Positions 1-10,007 are shown, counted from the first letter of the stretch. The stretch: 64,000 nucleotides of DNA from an uncultured Chloroflexia bacterium (GCA_963703345.1 OY969814.1:1568001-1632000); one strand, 5' to 3'. Program-made: numbers and translations. The notes: generated by a model not told the origin, from the letters alone.

Positions 1-4
1 TTAA

Positions 5-440
5 AGAGAAGGGGCCGAGGGACACGGTGCAGGGCCCCGCCTCCCCCTTTCCGGGTCCCTCGGCCCCAGAAAAGCTAACTCCTGGCTCTCGATGAACGGG
101 GGCGCAAGGGAGGGGCCGATACCTCGGCCGAGGCCGCGCTCCTGCCGCTTTGGCTGGAAGCTGCGGCTTACGCCCCCCGAAAGCAGGGAGGCAGGCGCTT
201 TGGTTGCCTGCTGGCATGGTTACCCATGCGCTTCTCGGAGGCTTCTTCTCTTGTCCAGGTGCCCGGTCGGCTGCCCTCCATCGGCATGCCGCCCGTTTTT
301 CCCCAATATGAGGGGATTCACCTAGGCTGAGCCCTTACGCCTCCTTGCGAATTACAGGCCAGCAGGAAAAGGTCGAAAATATTATCGGAGGAGCCCCGGG
401 CTCCAGACCTACGGCCTCTTCCCTGAGGCTGCGAGTTTAG
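5..440 (-). ncRNA. Candidate structured non-coding RNA or long leader (unassigned)
   Basis: Leftward TTGACA-N17-CAACAT promoter-like site at ~444-472; no minus-strand ORF of 60 aa or more; many hairpins (e.g. GCATGG-GTAA-CCATGC); 13-bp GC stem (11-67) followed on the minus strand by TTCTCTTT. Confidence 0.35.
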
Positions 441-586
441 CGCAATGTTGTCACAACAGCGGCGCGTTGTCAAGGGGCTCTCCTGGTACTCTGTCAATAC
501 TCATAACGTTCAAGTTAGGTGCTCATTACAGGATGGGACGCCGCTCTTGAAGCCTTGGGCCTATCCTAAGCGTTAGGACAAAGACG

Positions 587-739
587 ATGAAGAGCTTTCT
601 CAACGAGAGGGGCCAGACCACAGTCGAGTTCGGCTTAGTACTGGTCCTGGTCGTGGTTGCAGCGGTTGTAGCCCTTGGTGGGCTAGGTGGAGCAGTACTT
701 CAACTCTGGAACGGTTTCGTCTCGGCCTGGCCGGCTTGA
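587..739 (+). CDS. flp: Flp/type IVb pilin, 50 aa (not in ORF track)
   Basis: Manual translation MKSFLNERGQTTVEFGLVLVLVVVAAVVALGGLGGAVLQLWNGFVSAWPA; G|QxxxEF prepilin motif plus hydrophobic helix; AGGA upstream. Confidence 0.85.
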   Translation: MKSFLNERGQTTVEFGLVLVLVVVAAVVALGGLGGAVLQLWNGFVSAWPA

Positions 740-855
740 GATCATGGCAGGCCAAGCGCGGGGACAGATACGGAGGCAGCGTCCGCACGAACGCGGCGTC
801 GCATCCGAAGCCGCCGATTTGAGGCTAGACCGAATCGACTGATAGGGACCGAGAC

Positions 856-2727
856 TTGGTGTTTCGAAGCGCCTCGATCACTACTGCAGTCATCTCGCTG
901 CTTGCGCTGGCGTGCGCCGGCGCTCACGCGGACGACAGCAAGCTCCACGTCGACATTGCCAGCGTGGACAGCAGCGCCTTCCCCAGCGTGTCGGCCGTCG
1001 TCAACGTGCTCGACGCGAACGGCCGCCCGATCCCGGGCCTCGATGCCTCAGCAATCCAGGCCTCAGTCGACGGCAAGCCGGCAACGATAGAGGAGGTGCA
1101 GCCTGTCGTCGATTCGCAGGTCGCTCTCTCCGTCATTCTCGCCGTCAACGTGAGCGGCAGCATGGGTGGGCAGCCGTTATCTTCAGCCCAGAAAGCGGCC
1201 ACGGACTTCGTGCACGGCCTTTCGCCGCAAGACAGCGTCTCCATCTTGACGTTCAGCGACTCCGTCAACACCGTCCTGGAGCCCACTGCTGACAAGGACG
1301 CCGTCGCTGCCGCCCTGGCCGGGTTGAACGCCGGCGGAAACACCGCTCTATACGAGGCGACGAGCCGGGCAATCGCCGAGGCTTCAGCCTCGCCGTCAAC
1401 GCGCCGGGCAATCGTTCTGCTGGGAGATGGCGTCGACTACGGCGGCAGGAGCAACGTCAGTCGGGACGAGTCTCTAGCACAAGCGCGGGCCGCGGCAGTG
1501 CCTGTGTACACGATTGGTCTGGGCTCCGAAATCGACAGGAACTACCTTGATGAGCTCGCAACGGCCACTGGCGCCCGGTTCCTGGAAACGCCCTCGCCGG
1601 AAGGGCTGTCGCAGCTTTACGGCGACATCGCCGGTCTTCTGCGCGGCCAGTACGTCGTCAAGCTCGCGTCGCCTCAGGCCGCTGCTGGGACGACGCACAC
1701 CCTCGAGCTGACGATCAGCGCTGGTGGGGTTACCGCCGTCGCGTCAAAGGACTTGCCGGCCGTCGCCGCTGCAACTCCCCGACTGACGCTGAAAGGTCTC
1801 GCCTCAGGCGAGCGTGTCAACTCGCTGACTACTATCACGGCGGAAACAGGGGAGGCAGTACCGCTTGAAGTACGTTTCCTCCTCGACGGCAAGCCTCTCG
1901 CCGACGCGACAGCTCCACCTTTCGCCGCAACGATCGACCCCGCCGTGCTCAAGAATGGCAACCACAGTCTCCATGTCGAAACCAGGGACGCTTCGGGCAG
2001 CAGCTATACGCTCGACATGACCTTCGCCGTCGGGGCGGTCGGTGGCAGCTCGATGAGCCCGCAAGTCATCGGCGCTCTCGCCGCCGTGGCGCTATGCGTC
2101 GCCGGCCTCATATGGTTGCGACGTCGCCGGCCGAACGTGCGGCGGAAGATTGTGCAGGTCCGCCTGCGGCCCTGGTCGAACGGCGGCCCGGCGGAGACCG
2201 AATCGTCACTCGTCGACGAAGAACCCGTCTTATTGCTTCAGCCGGAGGCCGAGCCGGTAGAACAACCGCTTGCCAAGCTGGTCATAGTGAGTGGTCCAAA
2301 CTCCGGCAAGGAGTTCCCCGTCGGCTCGACGCCGCTTAGCGTCGGCAGCGCTGAGTGGTGCGACATCATTTTGGCAGACGACGGCGGCTCGATAGGACCG
2401 GAAGAAGCACGAGCCTGGATCCACGGCGACAAGATGATGTTCCACAAGCTGACGCGTCTCACGGTCTTGGCCACGGACGGAGCTATTGGGGGCTGGCTGG
2501 TGCTGGAGCACGGCGACGAGGTCAGCGTGGGTCCCCACCGGCTGCGCTTCGAGGTGCTGGCCGGAAGGACACTGGAGCAGGCCAAAGCGAACAAGGCAGT
2601 AACCGATGCCGTGGAGCGCCTCAATTCCCGTCCGGGTGAAGGCTGGTTTTGGCCCGTCGACGAACCTCCGGGCGCACCGCCGCCGGAAGACGACCTCGAC
2701 ACACCGGCTGCTGCTTCCTCAGCCTGA
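856..2727 (+). CDS. Membrane protein with signal peptide, VWA domain, Ig-like domain, TM helix and cytoplasmic FHA-like domain
   Basis: MIDAS-like NVSGSM...T...DG motif; TM followed by RRRR; C-terminal FHA-like segment (LVIVSGPNSGKEF...LEHGDEVSVG). Confidence 0.8.
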   Translation: MVFRSASITTAVISLLALACAGAHADDSKLHVDIASVDSSAFPSVSAVVNVLDANGRPIPGLDASAIQASVDGKPATIEEVQPVVDSQVALSVILAVNVSGSMGGQPLSSAQKAATDFVHGLSPQDSVSILTFSDSVNTVLEPTADKDAVAAALAGLNAGGNTALYEATSRAIAEASASPSTRRAIVLLGDGVDYGGRSNVSRDESLAQARAAAVPVYTIGLGSEIDRNYLDELATATGARFLETPSPEGLSQLYGDIAGLLRGQYVVKLASPQAAAGTTHTLELTISAGGVTAVASKDLPAVAAATPRLTLKGLASGERVNSLTTITAETGEAVPLEVRFLLDGKPLADATAPPFAATIDPAVLKNGNHSLHVETRDASGSSYTLDMTFAVGAVGGSSMSPQVIGALAAVALCVAGLIWLRRRRPNVRRKIVQVRLRPWSNGGPAETESSLVDEEPVLLLQPEAEPVEQPLAKLVIVSGPNSGKEFPVGSTPLSVGSAEWCDIILADDGGSIGPEEARAWIHGDKMMFHKLTRLTVLATDGAIGGWLVLEHGDEVSVGPHRLRFEVLAGRTLEQAKANKAVTDAVERLNSRPGEGWFWPVDEPPGAPPPEDDLDTPAAASSA

Positions 2728-2934
2728 CCCTCGTCTTCGGCCCACGAACGACAACGCCCCGGCCTCACTTTCAGCGTCACGGCCTCTCGCTGCCTTCGTG
2801 CCAATGACATGGCGTGGGATGCAGTCGACGTAACATCGGCGTACTCTTTCCCACCCACCCGCCTGCCTACCGGCAGGCAGGCCCGCAAGCGTCATTCCCC
2901 TCCTCCCTTCCGCGATCGTATTAGGGATAACCCC

Positions 2935-2961
2935 TACAGACCACGCTACACCTGCCGATAC
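2935..2961 (+). promoter_or_regulatory. Putative sigma28 (FliA/WhiG-type) promoter upstream of the ECF sigma gene
   Basis: TACA-N15-GCCGATAC versus consensus TAAA-N15-GCCGATAA. Confidence 0.6.
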
Positions 2962-3045
2962 TTACCTAGGTGAACTCCCTAAGGAATACGACCTAAGGGG
3001 GAGTGCCGAGACGTATCGCCGATTCCGTCCGGGAAAGAGATCGCA

Positions 3046-3612
3046 GTGCTCAAACTGGACATCCCGCCGGTAACCGAAGAGAGGATGCTCGTCCAGCGGG
3101 CCATTGCTCGCGACAGCGAAGCCTTCGCCGAGCTCTACGACCGACACGTCGTACGCGTCTACCGGCACATCTACTACATAATCAACGACCAGAAAGAAGC
3201 TGAAGACCTTACCGCCCAGACCTTCCTCCAGGCCTGGGAGGCGGTGGGCCGTTTCCAACCTAGGGGTGCTCCCTTCGCATCGTGGTTGCTGCGCATCGCT
3301 CACAACCTGGCCGTCAGCCATCTGAGGGCCCGAAAGGGGGATGCGCAGCTCCACGAGTCGCTTGTCGACGACGGCCTTCCGCGAAACCCGGAAGCCGTCG
3401 TCGAACGACAGGCCGACGAAGAGCGCGTCCGACAAGCCGTCCTCCGCCTCGGCGACGACCAGCGGCAAGTCATCATCCTCCGCTTCGTCGAAGAACTGGA
3501 CTACAAAGAAGTCGCCGAGATTCTCGGCAAGAGCGTGGCTGCGGTGCGCGTCATCCAGCACCGCGCCCTGTGCGCCCTGCGCAAGATCATGAAGGTGGAA
3601 GAAGTTGCCTAG
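3046..3612 (+). CDS. ECF-family RNA polymerase sigma factor
   Basis: Region 2 (AEDLTAQTFLQAW...FASWLLRIAHN) and region 4 (YKEVAEILGKSVAAVR). Confidence 0.92.
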   Translation: MLKLDIPPVTEERMLVQRAIARDSEAFAELYDRHVVRVYRHIYYIINDQKEAEDLTAQTFLQAWEAVGRFQPRGAPFASWLLRIAHNLAVSHLRARKGDAQLHESLVDDGLPRNPEAVVERQADEERVRQAVLRLGDDQRQVIILRFVEELDYKEVAEILGKSVAAVRVIQHRALCALRKIMKVEEVA

Positions 3613-3871
3613 AATCGTCGAAGCACTTGCCGACTGCCTGGAAGCGATGCGTCAGGGCGAAGATATGGAGGTCTGTCTGGCGATGTACCCACAGTACCGC
3701 GCCGAGCTCACACCATTGTTGCAGATCGCGAGCTTACTGCGGCCGCTGCCACCGGAGATAGCGCCCTCGTTCGCCTTCAAGGAGCGCACCAAAGTGCAGA
3801 TCCTGGAGGGCCGACGGGCGCAAGAGGGCTCGTCCCTTGCGCCGGACCAGCGGTCGGGCAAGTTCCGATGA
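3605..3871 (+). CDS. Putative short soluble anti-sigma factor (Chloroflexi-type N-terminal domain)
   Basis: Overlaps the sigma stop codon; LADCLEAM...CLAMYPQYRAELTPLLQIA resembles N-termini of Chloroflexi ECF partners; no TM segment. Confidence 0.6.
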   Translation: MPRIVEALADCLEAMRQGEDMEVCLAMYPQYRAELTPLLQIASLLRPLPPEIAPSFAFKERTKVQILEGRRAQEGSSLAPDQRSGKFR

Positions 3872-4084
3872 AACACCACGGCGCGACACCTCGCGGCGTC
3901 CCCGTGGCGATATGACAAAAACCGGCCAGAAATGGCTTTAAGGCTCAGCAAAGGAGGTGAAGCCGAAAGACTGACGAACACCCGGAGACCATCCGCCTGG
4001 CGCCCTCGCGACAAGTGTCGCCCCGCCCGAGGGCCAGGCGGTGAAGCAAGCTCGACAACACCTTAGACAACTAGGAGGAAACAA

Positions 4085-4273
4085 ATGCAGTTCATCAACG
4101 ACGCCATTCTCCGGCTCTACTGCTGGATGAAGGATGAGAAGGCTCAGACCATGGCCGAGTACGGCTTGATCCTGGCCCTCGTATCGGTCGTCGCGATCGT
4201 GGCCCTGATAACGGTCGGCGATCAGCTGAAGACTGTCTTCGGCGACATCAAGAACGCCCTTACACCTGCATAG
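4085..4273 (+). CDS. flp: Flp/type IVb pilin (probable major pilin)
   Basis: EKA|QTMAEYGLILALVSVVAIVAL Flp motif; strong AGGAGG RBS. Confidence 0.92.
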   Translation: MQFINDAILRLYCWMKDEKAQTMAEYGLILALVSVVAIVALITVGDQLKTVFGDIKNALTPA

Positions 4274-4491
4274 AACCGACTCACGATCGGAAGTCGACGA
4301 CAACATTTGGGTGGGGAGCACGTGTCTCCCCACCCAATCTCATTCGAGAAGGCAAGATGCTCGGCCGGTCGTCAAACAACCGCGGCCGGTGCTGGATGTG
4401 GTCATCGGCGGCTCCTGACGAACAGGCGCTGCTCGACTCTGCCCGCGCCCCGTTTTGCGACGCCACTGAACGCGGCCAAGCGCCCTAGGGT

Positions 4492-4519
4492 TCAAGAGAT
4501 ACGTTCAATCGGCCGATAC
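4492..4519 (+). promoter_or_regulatory. Putative sigma28-type promoter for the cpaB-tad operon
   Basis: TCAAG-N15-GCCGATAC. Confidence 0.65.
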
Positions 4520-4610
4520 TCTTAATTGGGTAAGGCACCCATAGATCAAACGAAAACCAAGTCCAGCCGCTCTCGTGGCCGGACATCTACGCGAAACTGG
4601 AGGTAGCCCC

Positions 4611-5438
4611 ATGGCTGGAGCAGGAGCCCGTGGGCCGGTGAGCAGGATCAATCGACGCTTCCTGCTGCTGACAATCGTATTCGCCCTCTTGAGCGCGGTA
4701 TTGGTCTACGCCGCCATCTCCCGCGGCAGCACCAGCAAGGAAGCCGAGTCAGCGTCCATGACCGGCTTCACAGTGATCGCCAAGATGGACATACCCGCGC
4801 GTACCCAGATTACGGCCGAAATGCTGGCACTAAAGGAAATCCCGCTTAGCGTTCGCCCGGCTACGGCGCTCACCAGCATTGACGACGCTGTCGGCAAAGT
4901 GACACGCTACCCGATTGGCGCCGACGAGGAGGTGACCCCGAACAAGATCGTCTCCCTCCAGGGAACCCAGACGACCGATTCGCTCTCGTTCGTCGTCCCA
5001 AAGGGGATGCGCGCGATCTCCATTCAGGCCGATCAGGTCCTGAGCGCCGGCGGCCTCGTGCTCCCCGGCGACTACGTTGACATAATGGGCGTGCTCAAAG
5101 GAACGAAACCCGACGGCACCACCGTAGAGAACTACGTCGTCAAGACGATACTTCAGAACGTCCAGGTGCTGGCGGTGGCCCAAAAGATCGCCGACATTGC
5201 GGTAGGCAGCGGCACCGGTTCGACCTCCGCAAGCGCTGATAGCTCTAGCGGCTCGTCGGCCAAGCCCAATCCGGAAGCGACGACCCTGACGATTCTCGCT
5301 TCGCCCGAGCAGTCGGAGCTGCTCTTCCTCGCTGAGTCCAACGGCACCCTGAGAGCCGTGGTTCGCGGCTTCGGCGACGGCGACGTGACCCAGGTGCGTC
5401 CCATCTTCCAGAACGAACTCTCGCCGGCCGCGCCTTAG
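4611..5438 (+). CDS. cpaB: Flp pilus assembly protein CpaB/RcpC
   Basis: N-terminal TM, SAF domain, GMRAISI...GGLVLPGDYVDI...LQNVQVLAV; ATG at 4611 chosen after GGAGG. Confidence 0.92.
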   Translation: MAGAGARGPVSRINRRFLLLTIVFALLSAVLVYAAISRGSTSKEAESASMTGFTVIAKMDIPARTQITAEMLALKEIPLSVRPATALTSIDDAVGKVTRYPIGADEEVTPNKIVSLQGTQTTDSLSFVVPKGMRAISIQADQVLSAGGLVLPGDYVDIMGVLKGTKPDGTTVENYVVKTILQNVQVLAVAQKIADIAVGSGTGSTSASADSSSGSSAKPNPEATTLTILASPEQSELLFLAESNGTLRAVVRGFGDGDVTQVRPIFQNELSPAAP

Positions 5439-5444
5439 CCCTGT

Positions 5445-5470
5445 TCAGCGAAGATACTCGCATCCGATAT
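5445..5470 (+). promoter_or_regulatory. Possible internal sigma28-type promoter upstream of cpaE
   Basis: TCAG-N14-TCCGATAT. Confidence 0.4.
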
Positions 5471-5486
5471 AGGAACAAGGAAGTCG

Positions 5487-6674
5487 ATGGCAAGAACCCC
5501 GGAAGCCGTAATCATTGACCCTGATCTCAGCGCCCGCGCCGACGTTAAGCGAGCGCTCACTCTGGCTCACTTCACGGTGTCCGGCGAGTCCGGTTACGGC
5601 ATAGAAGCAGTAACCGTCGCTAACGAGAACGTTCCCGACGTCTTCATCGTCAGCGTCGAGGAACCGGTCGCCCGTGCCCTGCAAACGATGCAGTCCCTCG
5701 GCGACGCCCTGCCCGACACACCGATAATCGCCTACTCTTCGCTTGCCGACGCCGCTTCCGTCCGCCGTGCCATGGTTGCCGGCGCCCGCGACTATTTGAT
5801 TAAGCCCGTCAAGCCCGAAGACCTGACCCGCGCTATCTACGGCGTCATGGAGCAGGAAGAACGGCGGCGCATGCGCGCCAGCGGCGAGCGCCAGGAGACT
5901 GCCGCCAGGGGCACGGTCATCACCGTCTTCGGCGCCAAGGGCGGCATCGGCAAGACGACGATTTCCACCAACCTGGCGACGGCCCTCGTCCGCTCGACGA
6001 ACAGCTCCGTCGTCCTCGTCGATATGGACACGCGATTCGGCGACGTAGCCATCATGATGGACATCGCCGTCGAGCGGAGCATCGCCGATCTCGCCCGTCG
6101 CGTCGACACCATGGACCGCGATACTATTCACGATTTCCTGGTGCGCCATCACAGCGGCGTCATGATCCTGCCCGCGCCCCTTCACCCGACCGAGTGGCGC
6201 AACGTCACGCCGCACCAGATCAGCAAGATCATCGACCTTCTCGCCCAGACGCACGACTACGTGATCGTGGACACGCCGGGCACGTTCAACGAGATTGTGG
6301 CCGCCACGTTGGAGGCGGCCAGCCTCATCCTGCTCGTCACGAGCATGGATATCGCCAGCATCAAAGACACGGCCCTCACCCTGGAGATGCTCCAGAGCGC
6401 CGCCGTCTCCGAAGACAAGGTCAAGCTCATGATCAACCACTCCACGGCCGCCAACACGCTGCGAGAGGACGACGTGGAGCGCGTTCTGGAGTACAAGGTG
6501 TTCTGGCGCATCCCGCATGACCTCAACGTCGCCACAAGCACGCAGCTTGGCCAGCCAGTCGTCATCACGAAGCCGTACGCCAGGGTCTCGCGCAGCATCT
6601 CTGAGCTCGCCGGCGCCCTCAGCGGCACGGTCAGCGAGAAGAAGGGTTTCCTGGAGAGGTTCCTCGGACGTTGA
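5487..6674 (+). CDS. cpaE: Pilus assembly protein CpaE/TadZ (receiver-like domain plus MinD/ParA ATPase)
   Basis: N-terminal REC-like domain (GARDYLIKP); deviant Walker A KGGIGKT. Confidence 0.9.
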   Translation: MARTPEAVIIDPDLSARADVKRALTLAHFTVSGESGYGIEAVTVANENVPDVFIVSVEEPVARALQTMQSLGDALPDTPIIAYSSLADAASVRRAMVAGARDYLIKPVKPEDLTRAIYGVMEQEERRRMRASGERQETAARGTVITVFGAKGGIGKTTISTNLATALVRSTNSSVVLVDMDTRFGDVAIMMDIAVERSIADLARRVDTMDRDTIHDFLVRHHSGVMILPAPLHPTEWRNVTPHQISKIIDLLAQTHDYVIVDTPGTFNEIVAATLEAASLILLVTSMDIASIKDTALTLEMLQSAAVSEDKVKLMINHSTAANTLREDDVERVLEYKVFWRIPHDLNVATSTQLGQPVVITKPYARVSRSISELAGALSGTVSEKKGFLERFLGR

Positions 6675-6715
6675 CCCGATGACACAATCGTACAGCAGAT
6701 GGAGCGGATGAGACG

Positions 6716-8077
6716 ATGACTCAATTCCAATGGCAACCCCGAAGAACAGGCGTCGACGGCGCTGAAGGCGGCTTCAGACGGACCAGCAGCTCTTCCAGCC
6801 TGCTTCAGACCAGCGAAGCCCTCACCGAGCTCAAGTACAAGCTCCACCAGCGCCTCATCGAGGAGCTGGACCCGGCCAAGCTCGACGGGCTCGACCCCAT
6901 CAAAGCCCGCGAAGCCGTCGAGACCTCGGCGCGCACGCTGATCTCCCAGGAAATGCCGGGAATCGTTGGCGTAACGCGCGACGAGCTCGTTTCCGCCGTC
7001 GCGGACGAAGTGCTCGGCCTCGGACCGATCGAGCCCATGGTCCGGGACAAATCCATCTCGGAAATAATGGTCAACGCCCCGGACACAATCTTCTTCGAGA
7101 AAGAGGGGCGGCTGTATCTGAGTCCCATCCGCTTCCGAGACTCTAACCACATCCAGCGCATCGCCGACCGCATCATCGCGCCGCTCGGCCGCCGCGTCGA
7201 CGAGTCGTCGCCCATGGTCGACGCGCGTCTCGCCGACGGCTCCCGTGTCAACATAATCATCCCGCCCGTCGCGCCCAAGAGCCCGACGATCACCATCCGA
7301 AAGTTCCGCGAAGACAAGATGACGGTGGAGGACCTCATCGCCACCGGCACGATGGTCCAGGAGTTGGCGGAATTCCTGCACGCCTGCATCCAGGCGAAGC
7401 TGAACGTCGTCATTTCCGGCGGTACCGGCACCGGCAAGACGACCTTGCTGAACGCCCTTTCCGCCTTCATCCCGGAAACCGAACGCATCATCACCATCGA
7501 GGACCCGACGGAGCTGCGGCTGCAGCAGGGCCACGTCGTCAGCCTGGAAGCGCGGCCGCCCAGCCTGGAAGGGAAGGGCGAAGTCACGCAGCGCGACCTC
7601 GTCCGCAACTGCCTCCGTATGCGCCCCGACCGCATCCTCGTCGGCGAGGTGCGCGGCCCAGAGGCCTTCGACATGATGCAGGCCATGAACACCGGCCACG
7701 AAGGCTCACTCACCACCGTCCACTCCAACTCGCCGCGCGACGCCCTCGCCCGCATCGAGAACATGATCCTGATGGCCGGCCTTGAGCTGCCAATGCGCGC
7801 CATCCGCGAGCAGATCTCGTCCGCCATCCATCTCGTCATCCAGATCAGCCGGCTCCCCGACGGCACGCGCAAGATCACCTGCGTCGCGGAGATCACCGGC
7901 ATGGAGGGCCAGGTCGTCACGATGCAAGACCTCTTCCGCTACGAGCAGAAGGGCATTGACAGCGAGGGCCACGTGGTCGGCGAATTCCGCTTCACCGGCA
8001 TTCACCCGCAGTTCGCCGAGAAGTTCAAGTTGGCCGGCATCCAGTTGCCGCAGGACATCTTTGGCCCTGGGTGGTGA
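6716..8077 (+). CDS. cpaF: Pilus assembly ATPase CpaF/TadA
   Basis: GGTGTGKTT Walker A, RMRPDRILVGEVRG, AMNTGHEGS. Confidence 0.95.
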   Translation: MTQFQWQPRRTGVDGAEGGFRRTSSSSSLLQTSEALTELKYKLHQRLIEELDPAKLDGLDPIKAREAVETSARTLISQEMPGIVGVTRDELVSAVADEVLGLGPIEPMVRDKSISEIMVNAPDTIFFEKEGRLYLSPIRFRDSNHIQRIADRIIAPLGRRVDESSPMVDARLADGSRVNIIIPPVAPKSPTITIRKFREDKMTVEDLIATGTMVQELAEFLHACIQAKLNVVISGGTGTGKTTLLNALSAFIPETERIITIEDPTELRLQQGHVVSLEARPPSLEGKGEVTQRDLVRNCLRMRPDRILVGEVRGPEAFDMMQAMNTGHEGSLTTVHSNSPRDALARIENMILMAGLELPMRAIREQISSAIHLVIQISRLPDGTRKITCVAEITGMEGQVVTMQDLFRYEQKGIDSEGHVVGEFRFTGIHPQFAEKFKLAGIQLPQDIFGPGW

Positions 8078-8081
8078 TCGT

Positions 8082-9080
8082 ATGGACATGCTAGCGCTCG
8101 CGGCGGCTCTCTCGGTGATGTTGACGGTCTGTCTGCTGCTGACCGCTGCCTACGCCTTTTCCGGCGCCGACCGTAACCGACTCGTAGTCACCAGGCTCGA
8201 GCACGTCGTCAACCGTACGCCTGGGCAAGCAGGGCTGGACGACGTCATTGCCCTGAAGCAGGAGCGCATGGGTCTTTTCCCCCTCCTGACCAGCATCTTC
8301 GCCAGCGGCGAATGGGCCCAGCGCATCACGACCGACCTGGAGCGCGCCGAGCTCAAGCTGCACGTCGGCGAGTACCTAGCCATTCGCATAACCTGCGCTC
8401 TCGTCCTCTTCGCCATCGCGATGGTCATCATGGGACCGGGCGTTTTCGGTTTGCTGGGGGGGGGCGTGGCGGCGCTTGTCGGCTACACGCTGCCCAAGTT
8501 CATGATCAATCGCCGGCTCAAGAAGCGCCTGATGACGTTCGACGACCAGCTCGTCGAAGCGCTGGGCCAAGTAGCCAACGCCTTGCGCTCGGGCTTCGGC
8601 CTCCTCCAGGCGATGGACCTGGCCGCCGAGCAATTGAAGGACCCGCTCGCAATCGAGTTCAAGCGCACTATCAACGATATCAACGTCGGCTCCAGCTTCG
8701 AAGATGCGCTCATTGCCCTGAACCAGCGCATGATGAGCAACGACCTTGACATTGCCGTCACGGCCATCCTCATTCAGCGCACCGTCGGCGGCAACCTGGG
8801 CGAAATCCTGGACACCGTCGCTAACACCATGCGCGAGAGAGCCCGCATCAAGGGCGAGCTGCGGAGCCTGACCGCCTCGCAGAAGATGTCGGGCTATGTC
8901 GTCGGCGGGCTGCCCGTCGCCATAATCGGCATGCTGCTGGTCGTGGGCCAGCTCACCGGCGAGAGCTACATTGCCACGCTATTCACGACGAACGCCGGTC
9001 GCCTCGCGCTCATGGCCGCCGCGGGGCTCGAAGGCATGGGGATCATGATCATCCGCAAGATCCTGGCCATCGAGGTCTAA
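8082..9080 (+). CDS. tadB: Tight adherence protein TadB (T2SS F family)
   Basis: ALRSG...IQRTVGGNLGEILD motif with TM helices; start set at ATG 8082. Confidence 0.9.
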   Translation: MDMLALAAALSVMLTVCLLLTAAYAFSGADRNRLVVTRLEHVVNRTPGQAGLDDVIALKQERMGLFPLLTSIFASGEWAQRITTDLERAELKLHVGEYLAIRITCALVLFAIAMVIMGPGVFGLLGGGVAALVGYTLPKFMINRRLKKRLMTFDDQLVEALGQVANALRSGFGLLQAMDLAAEQLKDPLAIEFKRTINDINVGSSFEDALIALNQRMMSNDLDIAVTAILIQRTVGGNLGEILDTVANTMRERARIKGELRSLTASQKMSGYVVGGLPVAIIGMLLVVGQLTGESYIATLFTTNAGRLALMAAAGLEGMGIMIIRKILAIEV

Positions 9081-9092
9081 GGGAGGGAGAAA

Positions 9093-10007
9093 ATGGCACT
9101 ACTGGCGGCCGCTTCGGTCTTTGTCACTGTCGTGGTCTTCGCTTTCTCATTCCGCGCAGGCCCGAAGGGCGATTCAGTGCGAGCCCGCGTTGCCGGTCTC
9201 TCCACCTCCCACGCCCACGAGAGAGGTCAGCCGACGCTGTCCTTCGGCGACCGCATCGTAGTGCCGCTCGTCGATGGCCTCACGAACAAGGTTTTCGCCA
9301 TTCTGCCGCACGGCTTCATCATTCGGCTGAGGACCCGCCTGATGCGGGCCGGCGAGCCCGTCACCGCCGAAGGCTTCATCATGATCACCCTGGTCGCGAG
9401 CGGCGTTCTGGGCGGCCTGCCGTTCCTTCTGATGATCTCCGCGAAGGGGGCGCTGAACGTAAAGATGCTCGGCCTCATAGTGCTGATGGCCGGCATGGGC
9501 GCCTATTTGCCCACCATGTGGCTATCGAACCGTTTGCGCCAGCGCCAGAACATGATCATCAAGAGCCTGCCCGATAGCTTCGACATGATCACGACGTGCG
9601 TCGAAGCTGGCCTGGGGCTCGATGCCGCTCTGGCCCGCGTCGCTGAGAAGGTGAAAGGCCCCTTCTCTGAAGACCTGTCCATCACCCTGCACGAGATCAG
9701 CATGGGTCGCAATCGCGCCGAATCCCTGCGCGATCTTGCCGACCGCACCGGCGTCGCCGATCTCAGCCTCTTTGTAAATGCTATAATCCAGGCTGAACAG
9801 ATGGGTACCAGCATTGGCCAGGTGCTGCGCGTGCAATCAGAGCAGATGCGCGTGCGACGCCGTCAGCGAGCGGAAGAGAAGGCGAACCAGGCGCCGGTGA
9901 AGATGGTCTTTCCGCTCGTCATGTGCATCCTTCCCGCCCTGTTCGTCGTCATCATGGGCCCGGCCGCCATTCAACTCTACCAGACGATATCGAGCCGAGG
10001 CACGTGA
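9093..10007 (+). CDS. tadC: Tight adherence protein TadC (T2SS F family)
   Basis: LPDSFDMITTCVEAGLGLDAAL...EEKANQAPVKMVFPL. Confidence 0.92.
   Translation: MALLAAASVFVTVVVFAFSFRAGPKGDSVRARVAGLSTSHAHERGQPTLSFGDRIVVPLVDGLTNKVFAILPHGFIIRLRTRLMRAGEPVTAEGFIMITLVASGVLGGLPFLLMISAKGALNVKMLGLIVLMAGMGAYLPTMWLSNRLRQRQNMIIKSLPDSFDMITTCVEAGLGLDAALARVAEKVKGPFSEDLSITLHEISMGRNRAESLRDLADRTGVADLSLFVNAIIQAEQMGTSIGQVLRVQSEQMRVRRRQRAEEKANQAPVKMVFPLVMCILPALFVVIMGPAAIQLYQTISSRGT

Noticed and set aside
130-210. Possible second c-di-GMP-I riboswitch on the minus strand (GGGGGCGTAAGCCGCAG)
   Set aside because: Lacks GGCAAAC, the GNRA tetraloop and the receptor
3945-3969. Sigma28-like site upstream of the major pilin (TCAG-N13-GCCGAAAG)
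   Set aside because: Spacing and -10 deviate from consensus, so it was not counted among the promoter calls
6257-7699. Long antisense ORFs (also 11847-13031, 15452-16675, 32822-34273, 36750-38393 and others)
   Set aside because: Shadow frames of GC3-rich real genes with no recognisable motifs
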